Shown one piece after another: positions 19,765-29,418 of a stretch of 64,000 bases of DNA. The stretch is from assembly GCA_036229005.1 (NCBI GenBank), contig JAZAMN010000011.1, positions 64,001-128,000 of the forward strand, in the 5' to 3' direction. The stretch's first letter is position 1. Every line of letters begins with the position of its first letter. The notes beneath the pieces are model-generated. The model worked only from the letters and a program-made list of their open reading frames with translations. It searched no databases and was not told where the DNA came from. The position numbers and the translations under genes were made by a program. This DNA comes from Myxococcota bacterium. GTDB taxonomy: Bacteria > Myxococcota_A > UBA796 > CAJQPC01.

Positions 19765-22700
19765 CTAATCCGCGGGCTGCAGCTCGTCCCAGACACTTGG
19801 GGCGGGCTCGTCGGGGACCTCGGGGACGACCTCGGGAGCGATGCGCGCCCGGAGCCCCGTGTCCTGGGGAGGGAGCTCGGGCACCTCGGGCTCGGGATCC
19901 CGCCAGGGGGAGCCCTCCCACGCCGTGGCGCTGTCATCGCTCACCTGGGGACGGTCGGTCAGAGGGGCGAAGCGGCGCTTGAGGGCCCCGGGTGCACCGT
20001 AGACCAGCACGCTGCGGTCACCACCGGTGCTGGACTCTGCCCCATCAACGAGGTCACCCGTGGCCAGCCCGCTGTAGTCCACCACGGGCACCCGCGCGTA
20101 GCCGTCCTCCAGCTCCTCCTGGAACTGGACCTTGCCCATCAGGCCGCTGGCCTGGAGGCCCTGGACCGTGCCCATCCACGCCGGGAGCGCGCCGCTGGCG
20201 CCGGCCAGCTTGATGTTGTTGCGGACCATCTGGCGGTTGTCGTCGTAGCCCACGTAGACCGCGACGGTGTAGGCGCTGTCGGGCACCAGCCGCCCCTTGG
20301 CGTCCGCGATGGGCGCGTGCCCGATGAACGCGGCGTTGCGGAAGTCGTTGGTGGTGCCGGTCTTGCCGCCCAGGGGGAAGTCGCCCGCCACCCGCAGCGC
20401 CCGGCGCCCGGTGCCGTGGGAGACCACGTTGCGCAGGATGTCCACGGTCAGGCGTCCGGCGACGGGGTCGGCCACGGGCACCGGCTCGGGCTCGGCCTGG
20501 TAGATCAGGTTGCCCTCGCGGTCGCGGATCTCGGCGATCAGCAGCCCCGGCACCTGCTGCGGCGGCACGGCCTGGCCCCCCAGCAGCTCCGAGGTGGTCC
20601 CGGAGTAGGCCTTGCCCGGGTAGGTCCAGGCCTGGCCGGCCAGGTAGCCCTGGTAGACGTTGGCGGCCTCCAGCAGGCTGATGTCCAGGGCGCCCAGCGG
20701 CATGGAGAGCACCGGGGGCAGCTCCTCCTGCACGCCGTAGACCTGCGCCAGCTTGGCCACGTACTCCATGCCCAAGAGCAGCTTGAAGTCCGGGTGCATC
20801 AGCAGCAGCTCGGGGTCGTAGGGGTCGGTCTCCTTGTGCTGCTCAGCCAGGCGGTCCATGGCGCCGCGCATGCTGTGCAGGGTGGACGCGTGCAGGCGCC
20901 CGTCGATCAGCAGGTCGGTGTCCAGGCGGGGGAGCTCGGGGTTGCCCAGCTCGAAGATCAGCTTCTCGCCCAGGGGCTGCCAGGACTCGCTGGGGGCCTG
21001 GGTGCCGCAGGCCAGGTGGATGCCGCCAGGCCCCAGAGAGGCCCAGAGCAGGTCCACGTCCGCGGGGTCGACCTTGGGGGTGGGCTCGGGCGCGGGGGCT
21101 TCCTCGGGCTGCTCCAGGCCCAGGCCCTCCAGCAGGCGGTCGCGCAGCGCGGGCACCGTGGGCTCAGGCTCGTCGGCGGGGACGGTCTCGATGGCGTGGA
21201 GCTGCTGCTCGCAGACCAGGAGCTGGCTCTCCAGGTGCAGGAAGTTCTGGCGGAGGGCGGCCTCCTTGACGGCGTCTCCAGAGACACGCGACAGCTCCTC
21301 GGAAAAGCCCCGACCGTAGTGCAGGCTGCGGAGCTCCGCGGCGTCTTCGGGGTGACCCGAGAACTCCAGACCGCTGATGACCTCCTCTTTGACCGCCCCG
21401 AACCAGCTCTCGGAGAGCCGGGAGCGCGTGGCGATCACGCCGTGCTCGTCGCGGATGCGGGCGATGTAGTCCTGGCGGGACTCGCCTCGCTGCTGGGCCA
21501 GGCCGGTGATCTCGGCGACCCGGCGGAGCTGCTCGGGGTTCAGGCGGTCGGTCAGGTGGTAGAGCAGCCAGATGCTGGCCAGGTTCTCGGAGCGCACGCC
21601 GGCCCAGTTCAGGCTGACGAAGTCCTCGCTGCGGTGGTCCGGGCGCGGGTAGTACCAGGTGCCCGTGAAGGGGAACACGCCGCGGCGGTTGTCCAGCACG
21701 TCCGTGGGGGCCCAGCCGAGCTGCAGGGCGGCGTTGAAGACCAGGATCTTCCAGGTGGAGCCGAGCTGGCGCTTGGCGGAGACCGCCCGGTTGAAGTTGC
21801 GGTTGTCGTTGCCGCCGACCAGGGCGCGCACGGCCCCGTCCTCCAGCACGACCACGGCGCCCTGCAGCTCGGGGGTGCGCTCCAGGTCGCAGAGCATGGG
21901 CTCGCCGGCGCTGCGCACGCTCACCCACACGACGGTGCCGGGGGTCAGCCGCTTTCGCACGCTCTCGCGCAGCTCCGCGGAGCCGGTGGCGCCCTTCTTG
22001 CCCTGCGCGCCCAGGGCCAGGATGTCGGCCGCCCGCTGGAGCGCCTCCTTGTCCAAGCGCCCCTTCACGCCGCCAGGCAGCAGCAGATCCACGCCGCCGT
22101 CATCAACCGCGCTGACCTTGGCCTCCACGAAGTCCCGGACCTGCGGGGCGTCCGCATCGGGGCTGGGGCCCACCGCTTTGGGGCGGATGAAGTCCTCGAC
22201 CTTGGCGCCCTCCAGGCTGGAGCCGGCCTCGCTCAGGTGGTGCCAGAGACCGTAGGTCGCGGCGCGCTGGGCGTCGGCGTCCAGGGTGGTGACGATGCGG
22301 ATGCCCGAGGTCGCCGGGTTGTCGATGCCGGCCTCGGCCAGGATCTCCGGGAAGGGGGCCTGCTCGAGCTGCGCGGCGACCTCATCCAGGAGCACCGAGG
22401 AGTCATAGCGGAAGGTGCCCTCGGAGAAGCGCATGGGGTGGTCGAACCACTGGTCCAGCTCCTCCTTGGAGATCTTGCCGTCGATGTACATGCGCTCGAG
22501 CACGTAGTTGGCGCGCTTGAGGGCCCGGGTCTCCTTGGCCTCCCGCTGCTCGGCGTCCTTGGCCAAGAAGGGGTTGTAGTTGCCGGGGCCCTTGACCATG
22601 CCAGCCAGGAACGCGCACTCCTGCAGGGTCAGCTCGTCCTGGGGCGCATCCGAGTTCAGGTCCTTGTCGAAGAAGTACCGCGCCGCGATGCCCAGTCCGC

Positions 22701-23247
22701 GCCCGTTCCCGTGCACGTGGAACTGGTTCGCGTAGAACTCCAGGATGTCGGACTTCTCGTAGTGGGCCTCCAGGCGCAGGGCGTCCACGACCTCGTAGAG
22801 CTTGCCGTGCAGGTCCCGGGTGCCCGGGTGGAAGAGGTTCTCCGAGGTCTGCATGGTCAGGGTGCTGCCCCCCGACACCAGGCGCCCGGCCTTGATGTTC
22901 TGGGTCATGGCCCGCGCGAGCCCCACACCGTCCACGCCGGGGTGCTCGAAGAAGCGCTGGTCCTCGGCCGACGTGATGGCGTCCACCCAGCACTGCGGGA
23001 TGTCCTCGTACTCCACGTAGATGCGGTGGTCGTCGGCAAAGAACACGCCGATCGGCGTCTCCCCGTCGCGGTACAGCACGGGGGACTCCTGGGCGATCAG
23101 CGCCTGGATGCGCTGCTTCTCCAGGTGCTCCCCCGGGTTGTCCACCACGTAGGTCTTGTAGCTCCAGCCCGCGGCAAGGCCGCCGACGATCAGCAGGATC
23201 AGCAGGGCGATCAGCACCTTCTTGAGCACACTCCAGAGTCGTCTCAT
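19765..23247 (-). CDS. Class A penicillin-binding protein (PBP1A-like transglycosylase/transpeptidase) with large insertions
   Basis: EDQRFFEHPGVD and GGSTLTMQ (transglycosylase). GSTWK (SxxK), RSEN (SxN) and GKTGT (KTG). Confidence 0.9.
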   Translation of the reverse strand: MRRLWSVLKKVLIALLILLIVGGLAAGWSYKTYVVDNPGEHLEKQRIQALIAQESPVLYRDGETPIGVFFADDHRIYVEYEDIPQCWVDAITSAEDQRFFEHPGVDGVGLARAMTQNIKAGRLVSGGSTLTMQTSENLFHPGTRDLHGKLYEVVDALRLEAHYEKSDILEFYANQFHVHGNGRGLGIAARYFFDKDLNSDAPQDELTLQECAFLAGMVKGPGNYNPFLAKDAEQREAKETRALKRANYVLERMYIDGKISKEELDQWFDHPMRFSEGTFRYDSSVLLDEVAAQLEQAPFPEILAEAGIDNPATSGIRIVTTLDADAQRAATYGLWHHLSEAGSSLEGAKVEDFIRPKAVGPSPDADAPQVRDFVEAKVSAVDDGGVDLLLPGGVKGRLDKEALQRAADILALGAQGKKGATGSAELRESVRKRLTPGTVVWVSVRSAGEPMLCDLERTPELQGAVVVLEDGAVRALVGGNDNRNFNRAVSAKRQLGSTWKILVFNAALQLGWAPTDVLDNRRGVFPFTGTWYYPRPDHRSEDFVSLNWAGVRSENLASIWLLYHLTDRLNPEQLRRVAEITGLAQQRGESRQDYIARIRDEHGVIATRSRLSESWFGAVKEEVISGLEFSGHPEDAAELRSLHYGRGFSEELSRVSGDAVKEAALRQNFLHLESQLLVCEQQLHAIETVPADEPEPTVPALRDRLLEGLGLEQPEEAPAPEPTPKVDPADVDLLWASLGPGGIHLACGTQAPSESWQPLGEKLIFELGNPELPRLDTDLLIDGRLHASTLHSMRGAMDRLAEQHKETDPYDPELLLMHPDFKLLLGMEYVAKLAQVYGVQEELPPVLSMPLGALDISLLEAANVYQGYLAGQAWTYPGKAYSGTTSELLGGQAVPPQQVPGLLIAEIRDREGNLIYQAEPEPVPVADPVAGRLTVDILRNVVSHGTGRRALRVAGDFPLGGKTGTTNDFRNAAFIGHAPIADAKGRLVPDSAYTVAVYVGYDDNRQMVRNNIKLAGASGALPAWMGTVQGLQASGLMGKVQFQEELEDGYARVPVVDYSGLATGDLVDGAESSTGGDRSVLVYGAPGALKRRFAPLTDRPQVSDDSATAWEGSPWRDPEPEVPELPPQDTGLRARIAPEVVPEVPDEPAPSVWDELQPAD

Positions 23248-24293
23248 GCCCGGGCCTCCTGGATCAGCAGAGCCTCGACGGCGTCATAGGTCCGCTCGCG
23301 GGGCAGGGCACGCGCCGCACGGACACACATACGCGACAGGGCCGGCAGGTCTTTCAGGACCGCGCGGGTGGCGTCCACGAAGCCCTGGGGGGTGGTGGCG
23401 GTGAGGCCCGGGACCGGGAACACCTCGGACACGCCGTTCTGGGGGGTGGTGATGGGGACCACGCCGCAGGCCATCGCCTCCAGGCACGCGTTCCCGTAGG
23501 GCTCATAGACGGTCGGCAACAGCATGACCTCGACGGCGGGCAGCCATGTCTCGGGGTGTACGGCGCCCACAAAGTGCAGGCGGTGGAAGCGGGATCTCCA
23601 CTGCTCCAGCCGGTGGTCCCTCCCCATCACAATCAGAGGCAGCCCCAGCTCCTCAGCGACCTCCGCTGCGACGGCGAGGCCCTTGCGCTCAAAGCCCGTG
23701 CCCAGGAAGCCCAGCACCGGCTGCTCGGGATCCAGGCCCAGCTCGGCCCGGCGCTGGGCACGCCACTTGGGGTCCGGCCGGAAGCGCTGGCTGTCCACGC
23801 CGTTGGGGAGCACGCGGATGCGCGCGGGATCCAGCCCGTAGAAGCGCTCCAGGTCGTCCGCCGCCGAGCGCGAGGGGGAGATGACCCGCCTGGCCGAGAG
23901 CACCGCCCGCCGGTCGATGTCCCGCTCGATCCAGGCCTGGGGGTTCAGGCGCCAGCCCGGCTTGCAGGCCTCCAGGTAGGCCGCGTGGGCCCCCCCGCCG
24001 CAGCGGAAGAGCTGGTGCCCTTGGGTGCGCCCAAAGCCCATGACCACCTGGTGCCCGCCCCCGGAGACCGCCGCGGAGCTCCGGTAGAGGCTCAGCACCT
24101 TGGCCGGCCGCAGCATCGGCAGGTGGTGGAAGCGGGGCCCGTCGTCGACCAGGTCGTCGCGGATCTCATTGCAGTAGACGTGCACTTCATGGCCCTTGGA
24201 GAGCAAGTGGCGTGCCAGCCCCACCACGAAGCGCTCGGTGCCCCCGTGCTCGGTGTAGCGCCGGTGCACGAGCGCGATGTCCAGGCCCGTCAT
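23244..24293 (-). CDS. Glycosyltransferase family 4 (WaaG/RfaG-like)
   Basis: HGGTERF, PNGVD, RKG and YEPYGNACLEAMACG motifs. Start overlaps the GT2 stop. Confidence 0.9.
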   Translation of the reverse strand: MTGLDIALVHRRYTEHGGTERFVVGLARHLLSKGHEVHVYCNEIRDDLVDDGPRFHHLPMLRPAKVLSLYRSSAAVSGGGHQVVMGFGRTQGHQLFRCGGGAHAAYLEACKPGWRLNPQAWIERDIDRRAVLSARRVISPSRSAADDLERFYGLDPARIRVLPNGVDSQRFRPDPKWRAQRRAELGLDPEQPVLGFLGTGFERKGLAVAAEVAEELGLPLIVMGRDHRLEQWRSRFHRLHFVGAVHPETWLPAVEVMLLPTVYEPYGNACLEAMACGVVPITTPQNGVSEVFPVPGLTATTPQGFVDATRAVLKDLPALSRMCVRAARALPRERTYDAVEALLIQEARA

Positions 24294-25033
24294 GGCCGCT
24301 CTCCCCGCTGCTTTCGCCAGGTCCGCCCCCACTTGAGGGCCACGTAGCTCGCCCCCAGCCAGGCCAGCATCCAGCCGGCGATCCCGTCCCGGAATCCTGC
24401 AAGGAGTAGATAGGCCTTCACGAAATGTAGCGGCGGCCGCAGGGCCACGTCCCAGATCCGCGCGGGCCGCTCGGTCTTCTCGGCGTAGAGCCCGGTGTAG
24501 AAGTCGATGCTCTGCAGGTGCTCCCGCATGCTGCGGTAGGGCGTGTGCAGGATGCGCCCCGGGAGCCGCTGGGTGGGCCCGTCCACGTGCAGGATCTCGT
24601 GCACCTCCGAGCGCCAGACCGCGTGGCCCCGATGCGCCATCCGCGACATGTGCCGCGGCCTGAAGGTCCCCCCGCGGATCCGGGTCCCCAGCCACAGGTT
24701 CTCCCGGCAGAGGGTGAAGCCCCGAACATCCGGAGACTCCGGGAGCGCCACCAGCGCAGCCTGCAGGGTCTCGTCCAGCACCTCGTCGGCGTCCAGGTAG
24801 AGCACCCAGTCGTTGCGCACCATCTCCAGCGCCCGGTTCCGCTGCTGGGGAAAGCCCGGCCAGTCGACCTCTTCGACCCGCGCCCCCAGGCTGCGCGCCA
24901 GCTCCTGCGTCCCGTCCGTGGAGCCCGAGTCGAGCACCAGGATCTCGTCCGCGAAGGGCACGCTCGCGATGGCCGCGCCGATGCGGTCCGCTTCGTTCTT
25001 GGACAGGATGACGACGGAGAGCTTCACGGGCAC
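24290..25033 (-). CDS. Glycosyltransferase family 2 (WaaE/KdtX-like)
   Basis: LSVVILSKNEA, LDSGSTDGT, WPGFPQQRN and LDADE motifs. Confidence 0.9.
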   Translation of the reverse strand: MPVKLSVVILSKNEADRIGAAIASVPFADEILVLDSGSTDGTQELARSLGARVEEVDWPGFPQQRNRALEMVRNDWVLYLDADEVLDETLQAALVALPESPDVRGFTLCRENLWLGTRIRGGTFRPRHMSRMAHRGHAVWRSEVHEILHVDGPTQRLPGRILHTPYRSMREHLQSIDFYTGLYAEKTERPARIWDVALRPPLHFVKAYLLLAGFRDGIAGWMLAWLGASYVALKWGRTWRKQRGERP

Positions 25034-25058
25034 CTTGCCCAGGGATTATCCCAGGGAC

Positions 25059-26132
25059 ATGCCTGCGCCCTATCTGGACGACTACGCCTCCGCCCGAGCC
25101 GCCTTCCTGGAGGCCGCCCGCGCCCGAGCGCTCCCCACCTGGACCCTGCCTCTGGACGCCACCGGCCCCGGCGAGCTCCCCCTGAGCATCGACATCACCT
25201 GCCTGGGCCCCCAAGACGCACCCAAGGCCCTGGTGCACGTCAGCGGCGTCCACGGCGTCGAGGGCGTCTGCGGCTCGGCCATCCAGCGCAGCCTGCTCGC
25301 CGAGCCCCCCGAGCTGCCCCCGGACACCGCGCTGTTCCTCGTTCACGCCATCAACCCCTACGGGTGGGCATGGCGCCGCCGGGTCAATGAGTTGAACGTC
25401 GATCTCAACCGCAACTTCCTCCCCCCGGACCGGCCCTACTCAGGCGCCCCCGAGACCTACGCCCGCCTGGATCCGCTGCTCAATCCCCCCTCGCCTCCCG
25501 GCCCGGATCTCTTCCTGCCCAAGGTGGTCTGGAACATCGCGCGGCACGGCTTCAACAGCCTCAAGCAGGCGGTCGTGGGCGGCCAATACGCCTACCCCCA
25601 GGGCCTCTTCTTTGGCGGCAGCGGGCTCCAACAGGGCCCCCGCCTCTACATGGACTGGGTGCGCGAGCACCTCAGCGGCCGCCAGCAGCTCCTGGTCATC
25701 GACGTCCACACCGGCCTGGGCGAGCCCGCCTACGACAGCCTGCTGGTCGACTGCGACCCGGGCACCGAGGCCTCCCGCCGCCTGGAGGCCATCTTCGGCG
25801 AGCGCATCATCCCCTGGGACCCCGACGCCGGCGTGGCCTACCAGATCGAGGGCGGCCACACCTTCATCTACGCCCGCCTCTGCAGCGGCCGGGTCGACAC
25901 CGTCACCCAGGAGTTCGGGACCTCAAAGCCCCTCGCGGTCCTCAAGGCTCTGCGGGAGGAGAATCGGCTCCATCTGCACGGAGACCTTGGGCCCACCGCC
26001 CTGGATCACCCGGCCAAGCGCCAACTCCTGGAGACCTTCGCGCCGGCGAGGACAGGCTGGCGCGAGCTGGTCCTGGAGCGCGGGCTCACCCTGGTGGATC
26101 AGGGCTTGAAGGGCCTGGCGCCCTCCACCTGA
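25059..26132 (+). CDS. M14-like metallopeptidase (DUF2817 type)
   Basis: SGVHGVEG, HAINPYG, RRVNELNVDLNRNF and IDVHTGLG motifs. Confidence 0.85.
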   Translation: MPAPYLDDYASARAAFLEAARARALPTWTLPLDATGPGELPLSIDITCLGPQDAPKALVHVSGVHGVEGVCGSAIQRSLLAEPPELPPDTALFLVHAINPYGWAWRRRVNELNVDLNRNFLPPDRPYSGAPETYARLDPLLNPPSPPGPDLFLPKVVWNIARHGFNSLKQAVVGGQYAYPQGLFFGGSGLQQGPRLYMDWVREHLSGRQQLLVIDVHTGLGEPAYDSLLVDCDPGTEASRRLEAIFGERIIPWDPDAGVAYQIEGGHTFIYARLCSGRVDTVTQEFGTSKPLAVLKALREENRLHLHGDLGPTALDHPAKRQLLETFAPARTGWRELVLERGLTLVDQGLKGLAPST

Positions 26133-27181
26133 CCGCTGTCCCAGAAGCCCAGGGTGATCCAGTTCACGTTGGTGAACCCCGCGCCGTGATCCACCGCGAA
26201 CTCCAGCGCCAGATCCCGGGAGAAGGACCCCACCTCAAAGTGGTAGACGCGCAGCTCCAGCCCGCCCGTCGCGTGCCAGGTGCCGTCCAGCGTCCGCAGC
26301 CGCGCCGCCTCTCTCCAGGCCCCGCTGCGCACCCGCAGGCGCTCGTCGATCACCTCGAGCTCCAGGCCCCCCCGCGGAGACATCGTCACGGTGTCACCCG
26401 TCGCGATCCACTCGCTGGCGACCAACACGCCCTCCAGCGCCGCCGCGTCATCCACCGGGCCCTCGACCACCAGATCCAGCGCCACGCGCATCGGCCAGGG
26501 GCGCGGCCAGGGGGCGTCGTCCACCTTGGACACGCCGAAGCCGATCTCCCAGGGCGCCACGGCCGTCTCCGGGGCCCAGTCCACGTCCTGCCAGCGCCGG
26601 GCGATCACCCGACTGCGGAAGCTGGCCCCCACGTTCACCCCGCCGTCCAGGGTGGTGATCAGCGTGCCCATTTGGAAGCCCGCGCCGGCGTAGCTGACGT
26701 TGGGCAGGTCCGGGAGCCGGAGGGCGGCGTTGGCCAACCGCACACCCACCCCCACCGCGCCAAAGGGGAGCTGGGCCGCGCCCACCACGTGCCCCTCGCT
26801 GTAGATGAGGTCACCTTGGGGGCCGGCCTCCTGCAGTGTCGTGAACACCGCTCCGGTCCCGAAGCGCCCCAGGCGGCTGCCCACCCCCAGGTCCAACCGG
26901 GTCTCCACCAGGCCCTCGGTCAGCGGCCGATCCTCCTGGCCGGTCAACACCAGGGCGGAGCTCAGACTGAGCACCCCGGAGACGCCAAAGGGCCCGGGGT
27001 GGTTCGTGCGCTGCACGGCGGGGGCCGCGGGGTTGAAGAAGGTCCCCTTTGCGCCCCATGCCAGGCCGATCCCCGCGCTGCCCATGGCCATGGACTCCGC
27101 GGAGGTCACGGGCACCCGGCGGGCCAGCTCCAGTTGGAGCGGCTCCTGGGCGAAGGCGGTGGACAGAATCAGGTGCAGCAA
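26099..27181 (-). CDS. Outer-membrane beta-barrel protein (FadL/PorV-like N-terminal motif)
   Basis: Probable TTG start (MLHLILSTAFA-QE). SAESMAMGSAG...FFNPAA motif and amphipathic beta strands. The track start at 27334 would run through the tRNA. Confidence 0.65.
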   Translation of the reverse strand: MLHLILSTAFAQEPLQLELARRVPVTSAESMAMGSAGIGLAWGAKGTFFNPAAPAVQRTNHPGPFGVSGVLSLSSALVLTGQEDRPLTEGLVETRLDLGVGSRLGRFGTGAVFTTLQEAGPQGDLIYSEGHVVGAAQLPFGAVGVGVRLANAALRLPDLPNVSYAGAGFQMGTLITTLDGGVNVGASFRSRVIARRWQDVDWAPETAVAPWEIGFGVSKVDDAPWPRPWPMRVALDLVVEGPVDDAAALEGVLVASEWIATGDTVTMSPRGGLELEVIDERLRVRSGAWREAARLRTLDGTWHATGGLELRVYHFEVGSFSRDLALEFAVDHGAGFTNVNWITLGFWDSGQVEGARPFKP

Positions 27182-27186
27182 GGTGC

Positions 27187-27214
27187 TTGACAGGCCTCCA
27201 CCAGGGGTTAACCA
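27187..27214 (+). promoter_or_regulatory. Sigma70-type promoter for tRNA-Cys
   Basis: TTGACA-N16-TAACCA upstream of the tRNA. Confidence 0.5.
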
Positions 27215-27258
27215 CTGGGGGCCTTGAAGCGAAGCTGCAAAAAGCAGCCAAGCACCGC

Positions 27259-27333
27259 GGCGACGTGGCCAAGTGGTAAGGCAATGGTTTGCAAAACCAT
27301 GTATCACCGGTTCGACTCCGGTCGTCGCCTCCA
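27259..27333 (+). tRNA. tRNA-Cys(GCA)
   Basis: GGCGACGTGGCCAAGTGGTAAGGCAATGGTTTGCAAAACCATGTATCACCGGTTCGACTCCGGTCGTCGCCTCCA. Cloverleaf with U73 discriminator and CCA. Confidence 0.95.
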
Positions 27334-27335
27334 TC

Positions 27336-27367
27336 GAAACCCCGACTGCTCACGCGGTCGGGGTTTC
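27336..27367 (+). terminator. Hairpin after tRNA-Cys
   Basis: gaaaccccgactgc-tcac-gcggtcggggtttc. Confidence 0.75.
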
Positions 27368-27525
27368 TCGCTCTGGGCCTGGATCGGGATCCGGTGACCT
27401 CGCCGGCGCCCTGATCCCAGCCGCTTGGGGAGCGCCAACCTACCGAGCGGTAGAAAACACAGGCGCGTCGCAACACACCCCCGCCTCCTCTCGTTACCCT
27501 TGCCCGTGAAAATACGGGAGCCGGT

Positions 27526-28179
27526 GTGGACCTCGAACAGAAGATGCTGGACTTTGCCCTGCTCGGCGCCGGGTGGGTCATGTGGTTGCTGGTGGCGCTG
27601 TCGGTGCTGTGTGTGGGGGTCGCGATCGAGCGGCTGATCTTCTCGCTGCGGAACAGCACGCCCGCCGCGGAGCTGCAGCAGGCGCTCAACGCCTACCTCT
27701 CCAAGGGCGACAAGCTGGGCTTCAAGCAGGCCCTGGACAGCCTCAAGGGCGTCGAGGCCCGGGTGCTGGCCGCCGGGATCGAGGCGGCAGAGGACAACCC
27801 CTCCGCGGCGGAGGAGGCCATCGCCGGCACGATGATCTTCGAGAAGGCCAAGATGGGCCGCGGGCTGATCGTGCTGGGCTCCACCGGCTCCAACGCCCCC
27901 TTCGTGGGCCTGCTGGGCACGGTGCTCGGCATCATCAAGGCCTTCGCGGACCTGGCCACGGCCACGGACGAGGCCTCCACGGCGGTCATGGCCGGCATCT
28001 CCGAGGCGCTGGTCGCGACGGCCATCGGCCTGCTCGTGGCGATCCCGGCGGTCGTTGCGTTCAACTTCTTCCAGCAGCGGAACAAGAACACCCTGTCCCG
28101 CGTGGAGTCCCTGAGCCACCTGGTCCTGGCTCGGGTCAAGGCCGACCATGGGGGCGCCCTGGCCCAGAAGGGGGCCTGA
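27526..28179 (+). CDS. exbB: MotA/TolQ/ExbB proton channel
   Basis: NAPFVGLLGTVLGII and GISEALVATAIGLLVAIPA motifs. Confidence 0.93.
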   Translation: MDLEQKMLDFALLGAGWVMWLLVALSVLCVGVAIERLIFSLRNSTPAAELQQALNAYLSKGDKLGFKQALDSLKGVEARVLAAGIEAAEDNPSAAEEAIAGTMIFEKAKMGRGLIVLGSTGSNAPFVGLLGTVLGIIKAFADLATATDEASTAVMAGISEALVATAIGLLVAIPAVVAFNFFQQRNKNTLSRVESLSHLVLARVKADHGGALAQKGA

Positions 28180-28638
28180 GTGGCCGCCAAGCTGGGCGGG
28201 GATGACGACGCCATCATCTCCGACATCAACGTCACGCCGCTGGTCGACATCACGCTGGTGGTGCTGATCATCTTCATGGTGACGGCGGTGGACATCGCCA
28301 AGAGCGCCATCAAGGTGAAGCTGCCGGAAGCCGCGACGGGCGAAGCGAGTGAGAACATCTCCCTGGGCTTGCAGCTCACCGCGGACGGGACGCTGACTGT
28401 CGACGGGAACGAGGTCACCGAGGCCCAGCTCCGCCAGGTCATCCAGGACGCCAAGACCGAGGCCGGGGACGCAGACGTGGTCTGCCTGATCGCCGCCGAC
28501 GCCGAGGTCCCGCACAAGCGCTTCATCTGGCTGCTGGATCTCGTGCGCCAGGAAGGCGTCGCCCAATACGCCATCAACATCGACCCCGTGTCGGTGGAGG
28601 CCGGCGAGGCCATGAAGCCCCTGCCCGAGGAGGGCTGA
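28180..28638 (+). CDS. exbD: ExbD/TolR
   Basis: DINVTPLVDITLVVLIIFMVT motif. Confidence 0.93.
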   Translation: MAAKLGGDDDAIISDINVTPLVDITLVVLIIFMVTAVDIAKSAIKVKLPEAATGEASENISLGLQLTADGTLTVDGNEVTEAQLRQVIQDAKTEAGDADVVCLIAADAEVPHKRFIWLLDLVRQEGVAQYAINIDPVSVEAGEAMKPLPEEG

Positions 28639-28641
28639 GCG

Positions 28642-29415
28642 GTGCGCTCCCCTCTGGGTCCCCCCGTCCCCCTCTGGAAGCGGCTGCTGGGCAACAGCTC
28701 GGCGCTCGCCGTGTCCGTGGGCGTTCACGTGCTCGTGGGCATCTACCTGCTCAAGGAGCGCGTGGGCGAGGAGAAGATCGAGCAGTGGGTGGAGATGACG
28801 GTCATCAAGCCGCCACCGCCCCCCGAGCCGGAGCCCGAAGCCGAGCCCGAGCCCGAGCCGGAGCCCGAGAAGCCCAAGCCCAAGCCCAAGCCCAAGCCCA
28901 AGGTGGAGCCCAAGGAGGTCGACTTCACGGAGACCGTGGACGAGCCGCCCCCCGAGGCCCCGCCCCCCGACAAGCCCCGCCCCCGGAGGCTGGTCCAGGG
29001 CATGAGCGCCAACTCCTTCGCGGAGGGCGCTGGCACCGGGCTCTCCGCCAACGCGGGCACCACGCTGGGGGTCGCGGACTCCCAGGAGAAGATGGCCGTG
29101 GACGAGGCCAAGGACTGGTCCTCGGTCCCCTACGCGTCGGTGACCACCCGCCCCAAGCTCAAGAACCGCCCCCCGCTGGAGGTCCCCCAGGCGGCCATCG
29201 ACGACGAGATCGAGGGCACCTGGACCGTCTACCTGGACATCTCGGACCAAGGCCGCGTGACCGCCGTCCGCATCCCCAAGGCCATCGGCTACGGCATCGA
29301 TGAGGCCTGCACCGAGGCGTGGAAGGCCTCCAAGTGGAAGCCCGGCGAGATGGACGGGACCCCCGTGACCGTGACGAACATGCCCTACAAGTGCCAGATC
29401 AAGGCGCTGGATTGA
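28642..29415 (+). CDS. tonB: Energy transducer TonB
   Basis: N-terminal TM with SxxxH, (EP)n(KP)n spacer and TonB-C domain. Confidence 0.9.
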   Translation: MRSPLGPPVPLWKRLLGNSSALAVSVGVHVLVGIYLLKERVGEEKIEQWVEMTVIKPPPPPEPEPEAEPEPEPEPEKPKPKPKPKPKVEPKEVDFTETVDEPPPEAPPPDKPRPRRLVQGMSANSFAEGAGTGLSANAGTTLGVADSQEKMAVDEAKDWSSVPYASVTTRPKLKNRPPLEVPQAAIDDEIEGTWTVYLDISDQGRVTAVRIPKAIGYGIDEACTEAWKASKWKPGEMDGTPVTVTNMPYKCQIKALD

Positions 29416-29418
29416 CCC

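Noticed and set aside
20317..23289. 990-aa + ORF over PBP1A
   Set aside because: Antisense shadow with no recognisable motifs.
23244..25346. 700-aa ORF as one protein (similarly 30633..32957, 50712..53087 and 58313..60247)
   Set aside because: The N-terminal extensions overlap real genes in other frames; the true starts are 24293, 32037, 52187 and 58912.
27259..27525. tRNA-Cys as an island attachment site, or a riboswitch before exbB
   Set aside because: No integrase, no duplicated tRNA 3' end found in the window, host-like downstream genes, and no cobalamin/TPP consensus recognised.
27526..28638. exbB/exbD as the gliding motor aglR/Q/S
   Set aside because: Only one ExbD-type gene, and it is in an operon with its own TonB and receptor.
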